Assembly (NCBI GenBank): GCA_047495785.1
Contig: JBLDXI010000055.1
Coordinates: 62,001 to 126,000, forward strand
DNA from: Lepidodermella squamata
Lineage: Eukaryota; Animalia; Gastrotricha
Reading direction: 5' to 3'
Length of the DNA stretch: 64,000 nt
Shown piece by piece: positions 11,383 through 24,670 of this stretch (positions are counted from its first letter, which is position 1; each line of letters begins with the position of its first letter). Both the position numbers and the translations under genes were made by a program. The notes under the pieces are model-generated. The model had not been told where the DNA came from. It did not search any database and saw only the letters and a program-made list of their open reading frames with translations.

Positions 11383-13806
11383 ATGTGGCAAATCCTGCTG
11401 TTTTGTTGTTTCGGTTTCGGATCATCATCAGCGGTGACGAAGAAATCAAATACATTGCTGCTGTTTACAACAGCAACTTGGACTGGTTATGCTCCGAGAG
11501 ACGGCCGAGTTTGTCAAGCGGCTATGCAGGTAGCCCTTGACGATGTCAACTCGCGATCTGATATTCTGCCTGATTACCACATTGCTCCCGATTTCTACGA
11601 CGAAGGCGCGCTAGCTACGCTTGTCCCAAAACAGTACATGACTTTCTTGCGCCGCGCTGAGGCGAATAACTCGTTGATCGCTCCAGCAGTAGTCGGTTCT
11701 ACTCAAAATTGCAACACGATGAGTGGACTATCTCGAATTTTCAAACAGGTCCAATTCACACCGGGCTGCAGTGGTTCACTCTTCACGGCTAACAGACGTG
11801 ATTACCCTTTACTTTACAGGAACAGAATTACTTCAGACGTCGCGTTCGTTCCCCGGTTATATTTTACGCTTTACATCGCTAAATGGCGACAGATTGGCAT
11901 TTTGACCTACAGCAGTAACGCGAATGATTTTGTGAGCAGTAGGCAGAACCTTGATATTGCTCGATCTGTTGGTTTACAGGTCGTTTTCTTCGGGGCCTAT
12001 ACCGAATTGACTGATAATGACATGGTTGATGTTAAAACGAGTGACGCACGCATTTTCGTCCTTCAAATGGGTAACGTCAATCAATTTGTGGAGACGATTT
12101 GCAAGGCCTACAAGCACGGAATCCGCGGATCAGCGTACGTTTTCTTCACAACTTCTTCAAACTACATCGACCCGACGAGCAGCGATCTCAAATTACCGCT
12201 GGGTTGCACAAAATCGATGTACGTCGAACAGCTGCGGATCATATTTTGGGGCTCAGTATTCGATTTCGCGGTAGAGCCTGTGAACACGACGTCATTAGGC
12301 TTCGGCAACGACGAATTTGAGGCACGCCTCGATAAACTAACTAATAGATCACGATCTGCTGACTACGTAAGGCGCCATCGATGCTTTGATACGATGCTTC
12401 AAACGCTCTTGTCATTAGACAAGGCAGATCGATCGCTCAAAATAATGAAAAATTTGACCCTTAAAGACTTTCAAAACCAGCCCGATGATGTGCTAGATGC
12501 TGTTAACAAGAGTGCGGCGGAAACAGATTTAGTTGGACTAAGAATCGGCCGAATTGTTTATACAAAGCGGCTTGAACTCGACTACGAGCAGCAGTATTTT
12601 TCTCAATGGAGAGACGGGGATTTGAAGCATCTCTATAAGTTTTGGTTCAATAGCAATGATACTCAAAACTTGCTCAATGTTTCTTTCTACACTTATACGA
12701 AACTTGCGGATCCCATTTGGTACACGAAGAATAATAAGCCGCCTAAAGATTTGTCGCAGAAAGAATTGCGCCAACTTCGATATCCGACATTTATTCCGAC
12801 GCTAGGCGCGGTTTTAGTAGCTATCCCTCAACTATTCATTGTTCTCAGGTTTTTGAAAGCAATTCTCGTCAAACCATGCGGGAGATGCCTTGTTTTCCCT
12901 TCAGCTGATTTATCTCTAATTTTCGGAGCGACTCTTGCAAATATTTCGGCAATCCTCTTTGCAACTGACCCAATTTACTTTAACAGTGGCGTCGCGTGTG
13001 TGGCACAAATTGTCATCGCTATCTCAGGCATTTCGATAATCACTAGTGGGCTAACGCTGCGGATGATAGCTATCGTTCGACTTTGGATCGAAGAGACAAC
13101 GGCTAGAAGTCGCCGAAAATTCCGGAAAATGTTTAAATACAAAGTACCCCGGTCGAGTCATCAAAACAATCAGGGAAGGCCGACGGTTAAAATTGACAAC
13201 ATTACAGCTGATTTTATTCTTCACGCGTTATCAATCAAATCAGTTGATGGCAGAAATTGGGATCGTACCATCGCTTTAGGGTCTGTCGCTTTCTTCTTGT
13301 TCAATATCGCGATAATGATTGGAATATTGCTGAAAAGTCTACCCGCTGCGCCCAAGGTTATAACTTTCGATCTTCCCGTAGAATACGACAAAGAAGAAGA
13401 TGTATACTATCAGTTGTCTTATAGTGAGTGCTCATCGAACGCCAATGCTTATCTACCATTAGCTTCAGCTTTTCTCATCATCAACGCATTGCCGCTTGTA
13501 GTTGGAACCTTTCAAGCCTACGAAGTTAGCCATGCAACGCCAAGTAAGAAACTAGCGCCGCATCTGATTTTCACTCGAATATCCCTGCTGGTCAGTTCGA
13601 CAATTTACGTCGCCGTCGCAAGTTTACTTTTGATCATTCCGACTGCGGTAGATAACCGTGACCTATTCGCTGCGGTTTTGACCTTTGGCATCATTTTTTA
13701 TGCCAATTTCGCGGCATTGATCTGCATCGTACCGTCGATGCTCGTGAGGAAAAAACGTCGCGTAGATTCAATAGTGACATTCAAAAATCTTGAGCCTGCC
13801 CTATGA
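11383..13806 (+). CDS. Divergent GABA-B-like class C GPCR, single exon, 807 aa
   Basis: Signal peptide; GRVCQAAMQVALDDVNSRSDILPDY matches the GABA-B1 N-terminal flytrap motif; KTSDARIF, CKAYKHGIRGSAYVFF, linker WYTKNNKPPKD; seven TM segments and a short tail. Confidence 0.88.
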   Translation: MWQILLFCCFGFGSSSAVTKKSNTLLLFTTATWTGYAPRDGRVCQAAMQVALDDVNSRSDILPDYHIAPDFYDEGALATLVPKQYMTFLRRAEANNSLIAPAVVGSTQNCNTMSGLSRIFKQVQFTPGCSGSLFTANRRDYPLLYRNRITSDVAFVPRLYFTLYIAKWRQIGILTYSSNANDFVSSRQNLDIARSVGLQVVFFGAYTELTDNDMVDVKTSDARIFVLQMGNVNQFVETICKAYKHGIRGSAYVFFTTSSNYIDPTSSDLKLPLGCTKSMYVEQLRIIFWGSVFDFAVEPVNTTSLGFGNDEFEARLDKLTNRSRSADYVRRHRCFDTMLQTLLSLDKADRSLKIMKNLTLKDFQNQPDDVLDAVNKSAAETDLVGLRIGRIVYTKRLELDYEQQYFSQWRDGDLKHLYKFWFNSNDTQNLLNVSFYTYTKLADPIWYTKNNKPPKDLSQKELRQLRYPTFIPTLGAVLVAIPQLFIVLRFLKAILVKPCGRCLVFPSADLSLIFGATLANISAILFATDPIYFNSGVACVAQIVIAISGISIITSGLTLRMIAIVRLWIEETTARSRRKFRKMFKYKVPRSSHQNNQGRPTVKIDNITADFILHALSIKSVDGRNWDRTIALGSVAFFLFNIAIMIGILLKSLPAAPKVITFDLPVEYDKEEDVYYQLSYSECSSNANAYLPLASAFLIINALPLVVGTFQAYEVSHATPSKKLAPHLIFTRISLLVSSTIYVAVASLLLIIPTAVDNRDLFAAVLTFGIIFYANFAALICIVPSMLVRKKRRVDSIVTFKNLEPAL

Positions 13807-14213
13807 AGAATTATTTGCGAATAAAATGGTTTTTTCTTAGAATTCTATCTACTATTCAGAGCTCTTATTGTGTTGCGTTTTGACCGTAATATGAAGGAAA
13901 AATCGGAATCCGCTAGAACGTGAGCCTGAATTAAATGAATAATTCAACTGTGTGTCGCAGCTCCGTTTTCAATCGATTTTCGACAGTGCAAGCCTCATCG
14001 CATATACCGACGAGGTATTCACAAAATATTACAATAGTAGGAGCAAACCACGCGCACATACAGGGTCATTTTTCACAATCACCATATAAAAAATTACCTT
14101 TATGTAGCTCAAATAATCGCATTTATTTTGGACGCGCATTTTAATACTTTAGATGGACATTATTCTAGTGTGAAAACCGGTGAATGCGAATTGCCTAAAA
14201 GCGGCTGTTATCG

Positions 14214-15549
14214 ATGGTGGAAACAGGGCCACCAGCTGACTCTGTGGCTATCAACATGCCAGATGCAGTTGAACCTACGGCACCTATCGCCCTGAAAGAG
14301 CTACCTGTCAGCGAGAAAAGTAGCTCAGTTCTAGAACGCAGCCATCGATGCTTCGACGCCGAATGTGACCCTATGATAGGAATCCTTAACGAGTCAGCTT
14401 CAAAAGCCGCTTGTTGCCCTTTCAAAAGTTATATGAACCATAAGCCGAACTCGGAAGAGCTGAAAGCATCCTTAACGCCGTTCGGCCGTCGAATGGCCGC
14501 AGTTGCCAGTCATTTTCAGACCGATATACATAAAGACATTTTGCAATGGTCGCGTTGGTCCCCGATTTCAAACGATAAAATCGTATCTTTCCTACGTGAA
14601 AACTTTCGCAGTGTTGAAAGCATTTACAAAGATGATGATCGAGTTGAATGGCTGTTCAGCGATTGTGCTATTTGCTCCTCAGCATGCCGCTTCGTTCGCC
14701 GGCCGCCTTGCTGTCGAAAGGCGATTTGTCAACTCTGTTGGAGCGACTACCTGAAAACTGGAGCTAAACAGATTTACAGCGGCATCAAGCCGTCAAGTTA
14801 TGATTTAAGGTGTTACGGCTGTAATTCCTTGGTGCCTTATCAGCAAGCCTTGGTGGCGACCGAGCCCTCCGAACTGACCCTACTACGTCGCGACGGAAGT
14901 GACCTATTAGCCATATGTCCCGTATGTTTGAATGAACTGCAAGAGGTCACGAAGCAGTCTTTCATCAATGCGAAATCTAATGACAAGTATCTTCAAGTGA
15001 CCTGTGACAGGTGTAGCCATGTTTTCTGTGCTCGCTGTGGCACCATGCCGCACCCGAAAAATTCTTGCTACGAGGTTCAGCACGCCGATGCCGGGCTGGA
15101 CCTATGGATGCGTGAGCAACATCCTATGCATGCGGATTTTCAGGTAATTTTAGTGAATCATCTCCGAATTTGTGATATACATCCAAGTTATTCAGAACTG
15201 TAGATTTTGCCCTAATTGTCACATTCCTATCAGTCATAATGGCGGCTGCCCTTGGCTAAAATGCGTGTGTGGGACCGAGTTCTGCTTCGCATGTGGCACC
15301 CGTAAATCCCGTTGGAACGGCTGGCACCGCCAGCACTCCGCAAAGTACATTCCTATCATAACTTGCAACAAGTTGTGGGACTCTCAGCCCGTTCGCGTGA
15401 TTGTTCAAATCATTTTTTCGATAGCGGTTATTACGATATTAGTGCCGCTGGTTGTTGCCTTCTTTCCGGTGATAATTGTCGCTTTCCTCTTCATTCTTGC
15501 CTGCTTTATCAGAATGCCTAACCATCATCATCAAGTCACCCCGGCGTAG
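14214..15549 (+). CDS. RNF217-like RBR E3 ubiquitin ligase with C-terminal TM (paralogue 1)
   Basis: RING1 CAIC..PPCCRKAICQLC..CYGC; IBR CPVC..CDRCSHVFCARC..H..C; intron 15144-15195; RING2 NCRFCPNCHIPISHNGGCPWLKCVCGTEFCFACG; hydrophobic tail. Confidence 0.85.
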
Positions 15550-15815
15550 ACTTACTGCTGACGTGGCGAAAACACAGCAGAATAAATATTACGATCATTT
15601 ACTTGATATGCCTTTATTGCAATAAAGGAGTTGATGAAAGCAATTGTCAAACACGGTTGGCAAGACTCGATAAATTATGCAAGGGAGTTAAATTCAGCGT
15701 AAAGATCAAACATGGTCGTGTAAAGTATAAAGCAAACTTGGCGAAATAAATAAAGCTGTAATTCCTGTAATACCAACAACCAAATAGAGCAGTGAAAAGG
15801 TAGGTGCTAACAGAC

Positions 15816-18030
15816 TTATTCAAATCGTTTAGGACAAATTATTGGAGCTAGAAGAGTCCAAATGTAAAACAAAAATGCAGCCCATGACGTGGCAACTTTG
15901 ACCCACATTGCTGTCACGTTAGTGTTGAGACTCGTCAGGTCGGGGGACAATCTGGAAAAAAACGAATTAAAAAATCTAAATTTTCTATTTGACATGCAAA
16001 ATTTACTTGAACCAATTTGTGAGCGTCATCATGATGTACATTGAGGACAGCATCATCATGACATGAAACGAGGTGTAATTGTAAGATGTACGCTCGCTTT
16101 CATCGTCCCATACTGCTTGGCCGTGTTGTTTGTTGTTGCCTGATCATTTAACATTTAACCAACGATAAATACGATAAAAATCAAATACCATCTTCGCAGG
16201 TGGAGTAGACGACAGGTTCCGCCTTGCTAACATCTTGGAAGATCAGTCGAGCAGCTGTTGCAGATCTTGAAGATCTGAGGCTAACGAGATATCACTTGGT
16301 TGGGAATGGGCAAAAGCTCATGCAAACCTTACCAAGAAAACAAAAGGCTGCATATCCAAATAACCAAACTTAGAATTTGTATCGGATCCACACCGGGAAC
16401 CGGAGCATTGACAGGTACATCAGAAGATGAATTAATTGAGTTGAAATTCAAATCGGTATCGGAAAATAACAAGTGACGAAGTAAGTTCGGATTGCATTTT
16501 TTATCTATCGATTGACAAAGATTATAGAAACAAGTTTTCACCAGAAAAAATTAAGTACCAGGGTTATTTGACATTCCATTCCACAGAACGTAAAGTGAAT
16601 ATATAGATACAGCAGACGATGGCAACACGCCGGAGTAGGGCAGTCGTTTCCGAACCACCGGGAGCTCCGATATAATTGAAACCAGCACCGTGAGAACAAT
16701 ATTGATCGAAATAAATGCTTGGTTTTCAATGCAACCCTGTAAAATTGACCGCTAAATTCACCAGGTCACCATTCCATAGAAAATCCACAAACCGGTTTTC
16801 CATAGTAGATGTAAAGAACTGCCGCAAATCCAACTATTCCAGCATAAAATAATATCACAAATAGGGCGATAACTAGAAAATCGAATGAGAAAATTAAGAA
16901 TTTGTATCCAAGTAATTGTGGGAATTTTACAAAAGTTCCATCGATTCCGACCGGTTTTGCATTGATTAGCCCGATTCGACCAGTTTTCATTCCAGGAGTG
17001 CATAGTGTCAATGAGTTGAATAAGCTGGATGACGAGAAAGACAACACCTCCGAACATTCCAAACCACATCCAAACTGTGATAAAAATAAAATTGAAAGCC
17101 AGAGGTGATAAATAGGTTGGTGAACCTTTAGCGAAATCGACTTCGTCCGGATCCCCATAGGGTACGAAGAAAGCTCCAACGATAAAGCCAATCAATACCA
17201 GCAATTTAAAACCCCAGAAGCTGAACAGAACTGATATCACTTAAACCTGAATGCAAATCGAATTTCGACGACTTACCCGTTCTGAATGTTTGCTCTAGGA
17301 TCGGCAGATGATTTAACATTGATCATCAATACGGCGAACAAAAAGTAAAAACAGCTTAGTGCGAAGCAAATCCGATACACAGCCTCGTATCCAACAATCT
17401 TATCGCAAGCTGAATTAACATCCGTTCCGTTGGGGAAAATATCTTCATCGCAAAGAAATGGGATCTAAAATGTAGAAACGCATACAAGTCAACAACATGT
17501 ATACTTTACGCATCTAGAACTGGCGGGCCGCAAAATTTGGTTACTAATTTTTTTAATGAATATGAAATAATTTTTTTCAGATACCTGATACTCACTAGTT
17601 ACAAATTTGAGATGTTGAGTTTTTGGCAGTCCAATTAAAGGACGCGAGACATTTCTATAACTGATTTATCAGCAATTATTGAATATAAATGTGCTGAAAT
17701 TAAATTCCACTGCAAAAATACCCAAATTTCGTGGCTTACCAGTCACTCGATTACGTTAAGACTTTCCAGTGCTACTTACCTTGCGAATATGACTTTTCAT
17801 GCTAGGAATCATTACAACAAAGCACAAGCTCGCGCAAAGAATAATGAATCCTGCAAATCCCAAACGAGTGGACGTCGAATATTTGCATGATGGCAAGCCT
17901 GAACAGCAAAAATGACAAGCTGCAGTACCAAAGCAACAGGAAACCTGTTAAATATCAGATAATTGATGATTCAACTCGAAATTCTCGATGAACTCACCGT
18001 AGAAGCTATCGGAGCTAAGACGCAGCCCAT
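15816..18030 (-). CDS. SERINC: Serine incorporator (SERINC/TMS1 family) membrane protein, multi-exon
   Basis: [30 protein letters not shown]; [16 protein letters not shown]; DPRANIQNG|FWGFKLL; [17 protein letters not shown]; [22 protein letters not shown]. Confidence 0.93.
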
Positions 18031-18717
18031 TTTAAATACTCATTAGTCGAATATTGTCAAATCGTCCAACCTACAAGAGGCACGGACTATAGTCCAGTAC
18101 CTTTGAAAAGTTATAGAGACAAGAGACACTTATAGAAGTTGAGCTCTAAGCAATAACGGCGATTTATCAAAATACTCTAAAGGGACACATCGTCAACAGA
18201 AACTACGATACTCCACAAGCTAGAGACCGAGGCATACAGAGCTACTATGGGTGCATCTGCGTTTTATCTGAATGTCGAGATCACAGCGCTAGAATTTAGA
18301 CCAAGGATCAGGAGCGATAAGTTATGAGTAGCGCAACAAAAATCTTCAAAATGAGAATGACTCAGGCTCGAGCGACTTAGCGGTAGCAGATGCAGACAGT
18401 GGGAAAACTTGTATGTACCCAAGCAAAAAAGCTCACACACACTCATGCATACTCTTTTCTCGGCCAGGAACAAGCAAAAAAAGCTCACAGAGCAAGAATT
18501 AGCGCAAGTTTAAATTTGAAAATTTCCCGGTAGAATACAAGGTCAAAATTAAGACATCGTATTTTGCTTCCAATTAGAGAAATAAATAATTTTTAATTAA
18601 TTTTTAATATAAATTTCCTTTGCAATTCGCCGTGGTTGTTCCAAGTTATTGGTCACTTGTTTCCAGACCTCCAAGTGCTTCGCCACCTTTGCCATGCCAA
18701 TTCTCTTAGTTAGGTAA

Positions 18718-19239
18718 CTATTCAACCACCACGTAAAGAAAAATTAACTTTTCAATAGCTGTGAGCGTTGATAGGCTGTTCAAGGCCGTTGATGGCTGCT
18801 GAAGAGCAAAGAGATCGAAAATTTCAACCTCTTTCGAGCCGAATCTTTTTGCTAAAGCCTGAAGTCTCAACGTGACCGAATGAAACTGCTTTATCTTGTT
18901 AGCGCGATCTGAATTGATCAACTGCGCATTTTTGTCAATGAAACCAATCGCACTGCTATAACTAAAGTGTTTGAGCCGGAAAGGCTTATTCATTATCTCA
19001 ATGTGAGCCCCAAACTTCAGCAAACTTCGGCAAACTTTCAGAGGTTTAATGTGATCGAAATAATGCTTCTCATTAGCTGTCACGGTCGTCATGTCACTAT
19101 TAGGTGACGAGGCTGCAATAGCAGCAAAACTGTCACTCCAAAGCGAGCAAAAGAGTTTTGAGATTTTCTTGGTGTCGGATTCGATCGGGCACAAATTGAT
19201 GCATGAAGTCTGCTCCCCCATGAAATAAATAGGCATCAT
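18718..19239 (-). CDS. Unassigned ORF (173 aa from the first ATG; frame open up to ~19387)
   Basis: Long stop-free frame in otherwise AT-rich DNA, with a possible acceptor (atttag) near 19388; no recognisable motif. Confidence 0.25.
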   Translation of the reverse strand: MMPIYFMGEQTSCINLCPIESDTKKISKLFCSLWSDSFAAIAASSPNSDMTTVTANEKHYFDHIKPLKVCRSLLKFGAHIEIMNKPFRLKHFSYSSAIGFIDKNAQLINSDRANKIKQFHSVTLRLQALAKRFGSKEVEIFDLFALQQPSTALNSLSTLTAIEKLIFLYVVVE

Positions 19240-20554
19240 ATTTACAGTTTGGTCAGTATATGATACGGTATATGATAAAAGCCGAATAAGAGTCCCTTTT
19301 GGTAAGAAATTGGTAGAAATTACAAACAGGATTAGCCACGGGATTTTGTCTAAGCTTCTAGCATACTGCTTGGCGCGAAAATATCGCTAAATTCCCTCTC
19401 GAGGTTAATAGCCTGTCTCCTCGATTAAAAAATGCAATTCACAGATCGATGTGGCATTGATTCTAGATGCTTCAGCTGGGCATAATACATATGCATGTCG
19501 CCATGGATTCCCGCTACCAATGAACAAACCAAATAGACAGAACACGAGATTTGGAAAATCATGTCATTCATTTATTCTGAGTCGACTTCATTCGAATCCG
19601 GAAACGATTTTTACATAATATATTTTCATCACGACGGTTTCCAGCGCATATCTCATTGCTTCCCGTCGTCATTGTAGAAGGCGCTTTGTCCAGCGCTGAA
19701 ACAAAAAGCTAAAAATCGGCAAGCGCCAGACTGTGAACATCGCTTAAAATTATAGAAGATATCTCAACATTTTATACAGAAACGGCAATCATTTGACTTG
19801 TTCAAAACTATTACAGCAAGAAATTTCTTCGCATAACTGCACTTTGACGAGCGATTTGGCAAAGCAAACGCTCAAAAAACAGACTATACAAATGGCAGAA
19901 ATGGCACACGTAAACATTGCAATTTACCGAGCGCAGCAAGCTTCGAAATATTTGAGTAGTTTTCCAACTTGTTATTTACACTAACGAATTGCGAAATTTG
20001 TCTACTTCGTAGATTTAAACCACAACAAAACTACTCGCGAGAACTGTATGGGTATTCAAGAAATCGAAAAGGAGTGTCGGAGAAACCGGAGCAATTATAG
20101 CAGAAAAAATTATCGGTGATTAGGAGTGTGTTCACTTTTCGAAGGCTGTTTACTCTAGATGGTACAAAAAGTAGAAAGAGCAATGCTGTCGTAGCACGTC
20201 CAGAAAATTAACTCAGCTGTGTTAATCAAATTCAAGAGGGGAATCATATCTCGGAATAGTGCGTCTTTTCCATGCAACTTTGGGAAAATTTACGAGGAAG
20301 AGTTGCATATAAAACGTAACAGCAAAAGCCTCATGAAGCACCATACCATAGACGGAATAGAAAGGTGATGTGTCCGACGAACCGGCCAGATAACAATGTT
20401 AATTACTTAGCAAACGACACGCGTCGATCCTCGACATCATAGCGCCAAAAGTACAACACAGCATGAACTCATAAAAGAATATTTAATTGTATAATATAAT
20501 AATATTTAATCATCATCTCGAAAGCCGGGATTGGACACGCCGGCTGTCACGGGT

Positions 20555-21340
<786 letters not shown>

Positions 21341-21747
21341 TCACTGAGATGATGGTAACAGCAGCAGAACAATGACGACACAACAAAAACTTCAATTAAA
21401 CGTGTACAAATTGCAGTGTTTGTAGTATTGTAACGTAAAAACCTAGAAGTAGCTATGAATAAAAGAGCAATAATTATTACGGCAACGCGGTATTACAGCT
21501 TTTATTTCCTTGCGAATAAAACCGCGCTTAGCCGACGTGTTACTTCCAATTATTACTGTACTACTTCAGCGTGCCCCTAATTCTGTAGGCGAACACGCGC
21601 ACACGAGGCGCTGAATGGCAGGATGATGATAAACATTAAGAATCATACGCGTGTGGGTACTTCAGTAGTGGTAAGTAGAATACGGGCTCAATTATACAAT
21701 TACAGTAGTGCGCGAAAGTCCGCTTTAATTTAGCCGGGTGCGCTGGT

Positions 21748-22178
21748 TCAAGGCCAATTTTGCGGAATACCCAGTTCTTGATCCGTCCATTTGCGCGGGT
21801 CTGGTGGCTGAAACGCCGAGTGGCCCTAAAGGAAATAAACCAGTCTGCACTAATCAGGCTCGCTGTCAGTATAGTAGCACTTACGAAAACGTGGCCGGGA
21901 TCTGCGTATATGCCGTAGAATACCCACCACCATAAGAATGTCATAGCGACAAGGCCGCCGACGCGCGAGCGCTTATTGTCGTAGCCTGGTCTCTGTCGAT
22001 AATGCGATTCGTAGTGGGCCGGGTCGGGTAGGTGGTCGTAAGTGAAACGATGATCTCTCCAGAAGGCGATCTGACGTGTTTGAGTAGCCATCACAGCTGG
22101 CACTACTTGAGTCGCATCTCGACGCGCAGATGCAATCAAGGCGCCACGCAGAATCGCCGGGCAATGAGCGAATCGCAT
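21748..22178 (-). CDS. NDUFB2: Complex I subunit NDUFB2 (AGGG), 2 exons
   Basis: Arg-rich transit peptide; YRQRP..MTFLWWWVFYGIYADPGHVF|GHSAFQPPDPRKWTDQELGIP; intron 21826-21884. Confidence 0.88.
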
Positions 22179-22447
22179 GCCCAAATTCGATTATTAAATC
22201 CTAATATAAACAAAACATTGATATTATCATGTGCATCCGTTTTATAAACGGCACTACATACTAAAGCTGGTGAGGAAAAAATATGGCCAAAATTGGCACC
22301 CATTTCTGAAAGAAATTTTCGCCACCAAAAAAAAACGATTGATAATTAAAGCAGATACCACAACCGGGACATTCACCGATAATATTGCATATTTGTGAGC
22401 TTGATGTCAATTGTTAACAAGAAATAATGATATATTTCAAAGGAAGT

Positions 22448-23390
22448 TTACAACTCCTTGTTGACTTTCTCGAAGTACTTGAGCTTGTCTTGGGGGTCAG
22501 GGATGATAGTATCAGAACCAGGTTTCCAACCAGCTGGGCAAACTTCACCGTGCTTGTCCGTGTATTGGAAGGCTTGGATCAAACGCAAAGTTTCATCAAC
22601 CGAACGGCCGACTGGAAGATCGTTCATTGTGATCTGACGGAGGTTGCCCTTAGCATCAATGATGAAGAGACCGCTAAAGAGTACAAAATAATATTTAGAG
22701 CGATGTTGAAAAATGAAGGCCAGTAATTACCGAAGAGTGACACCACTATCTTCCATGTAAACGCCATAGGCTTTCGAGATTTTGTGAGTCATATCAGATA
22801 GAAGAGGGTATTTGATCGTTCCAAGGCCACCCATGTTGCGGGGAGTCTTGAGCCTGTAAAAAAACATCGTTGTAAAAATTATGGCAGGCAGGCAATCGGC
22901 AAAAGTACCATGCAAGGTGAGTGAAAGGCGAATCCACTGAGCAAGCAACGACCTCAGTATTGAGCTTCTTGAATTCTTCGATTCTATCAGAAAAAGCGAT
23001 GATCTCGGTGGGACAGACGAATGTGCTATATAATAATTAATTTAATGTATGCGTGTCAAAAATAACATCAGGTATTATACAAATCCATCGGATAGAAGAA
23101 GAAAACCAAGTATTTGCCAAGAAATTGCTTCAGGTTCATATCCTGAAAAGTAAGCAATGGAAATAATAATACTACCTAATATCAATATTCGAAGAGCTCA
23201 CATGAAACTTGCCGTCGATCACAGCTGTACCCTCCCAATACGGGGCTGGACGAGTGATTTGTGCCTTGCTATCGTAGCCATGGCCTTTTCGAGGAGCATC
23301 ATCGTCTTTAGGCTTCTGGCAGGTCCCTTCTGACGAGAAGGCTACCTGTGCGAAGCAAGCTACTGTCAAAGCAATGAAGATCTTCGACAT
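22448..23390 (-). CDS. PRDX4: Typical 2-Cys peroxiredoxin with signal peptide (PRDX4-like), 5 exons
   Basis: Signal peptide; FFYPMDF|[14 protein letters not shown] (peroxidatic Cys); GGLG; GEVCPAGW (resolving Cys); YF motif; ends NKEL*. Confidence 0.92.
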
Positions 23391-24670
23391 GATAAAGAAT
23401 CTATAAATTGATATTCAGAAGGGAATCAATAATTTTTCCAAGCGAAGAACCGTCTCCAGTATATCAAGTAAAATAATGTGAGTTGCGAGCTAGCCAGCGA
23501 ACAGCAATGAGCAATGATTCACTGGACAGTGCTGCCATTGAATAGTAAATTACCAGCCATTAAAAGTCGAATTATTTTCAAATATGAGCATTTCTGACTC
23601 TTCATCGCTCAAAAAATATACCTAATTGCAGTTGATTTATGGAGCACAACCTTTCAAAAATTGCCATTAGAGTCAAAATAACGATAACAGATTCACGTAC
23701 TTATCGACGTACAATGTTATACAATGCGAACACGAAAGGGAGATCCTGATGGAAAGTATTCACAGACTTGAGAGTTCCTTATGTTTACAAAAAATCGAAA
23801 CTAGAGAGAGCCGATTATGAAAGTCGTTCATTTCACGGAGTGACACAGCAAATATAAATAAAAATAATCGCAGTGAACATTCACTGAACAGGATTTCAGG
23901 AGTTATCCTTCAACTTTATGATAATTTCAGCATTTCCGTAAGGCCAATCTGTCGTAGCAATTTACTACGCTATGAATATTGTGCTCGACACTTTTGACAT
24001 CTAATCGTCACTTAGCGCCCGGCAAGCTCTCACACAAATACCTTCACCACCAGGTAATCAGCGCCTATGTTTTGATCAGCGAGAAAATGATAGCGGTCAA
24101 CTGCATTTAACTCGTCTCGCTCGTCACGTACGACAAATCCGCAACTCGATTTTTTTCATTTACGCAATTTTGCATTTACGCAATTTACGTGAAGGATAAC
24201 TGGTCAATGTTATTGCTTAGTAACTATTAATTTTAACAAACAGATTTGTTTTTGTGCTTATGTCATTTTCGTCCTTGAACTTTAATTTGGCGCGCAACTA
24301 TATCTGGGCGTTGGAGGCTGGAGCGAACCCTGAAAGCTGCCCAGGTTAAGACCGGGTTATGTTGAAACACATCCGGGCTCGTGACGGTATCCAGGCTTTG
24401 AGCGCGAGTGTATTTAGCAGAGGAACCCGAGTCTCGAGTCTCCGCCATTATTCATTGGATCAGGCCCGTCTATAGTCTCCATTTTTAAATCTTTCGAAGC
24501 TTCAAAAATGAATCAATCTATTGACTTTTGCCTCTTCACATACTTTCTTGGTTTACTAGGCATTATTCTCCCGTCAATGCCTTACTCTGAACTTCTTGTC
24601 TTATTTTAAATGGTCCTATATTATGAGGAATAGTTTTGAATAATTAATTGCTTTCTTCGGCTATTCTCGA

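Noticed and set aside
17771-17782. TACTTACCT, similar to the U1 snRNA 5' end
   Set aside because: It is the reverse complement of a SERINC splice donor; no U1 body follows.
18252-18394. 9 bp inverted repeat (TGCATCTGC/GCAGATGCA) enclosing ~125 nt
   Set aside because: No ncRNA motifs or TSD; compatible with chance.
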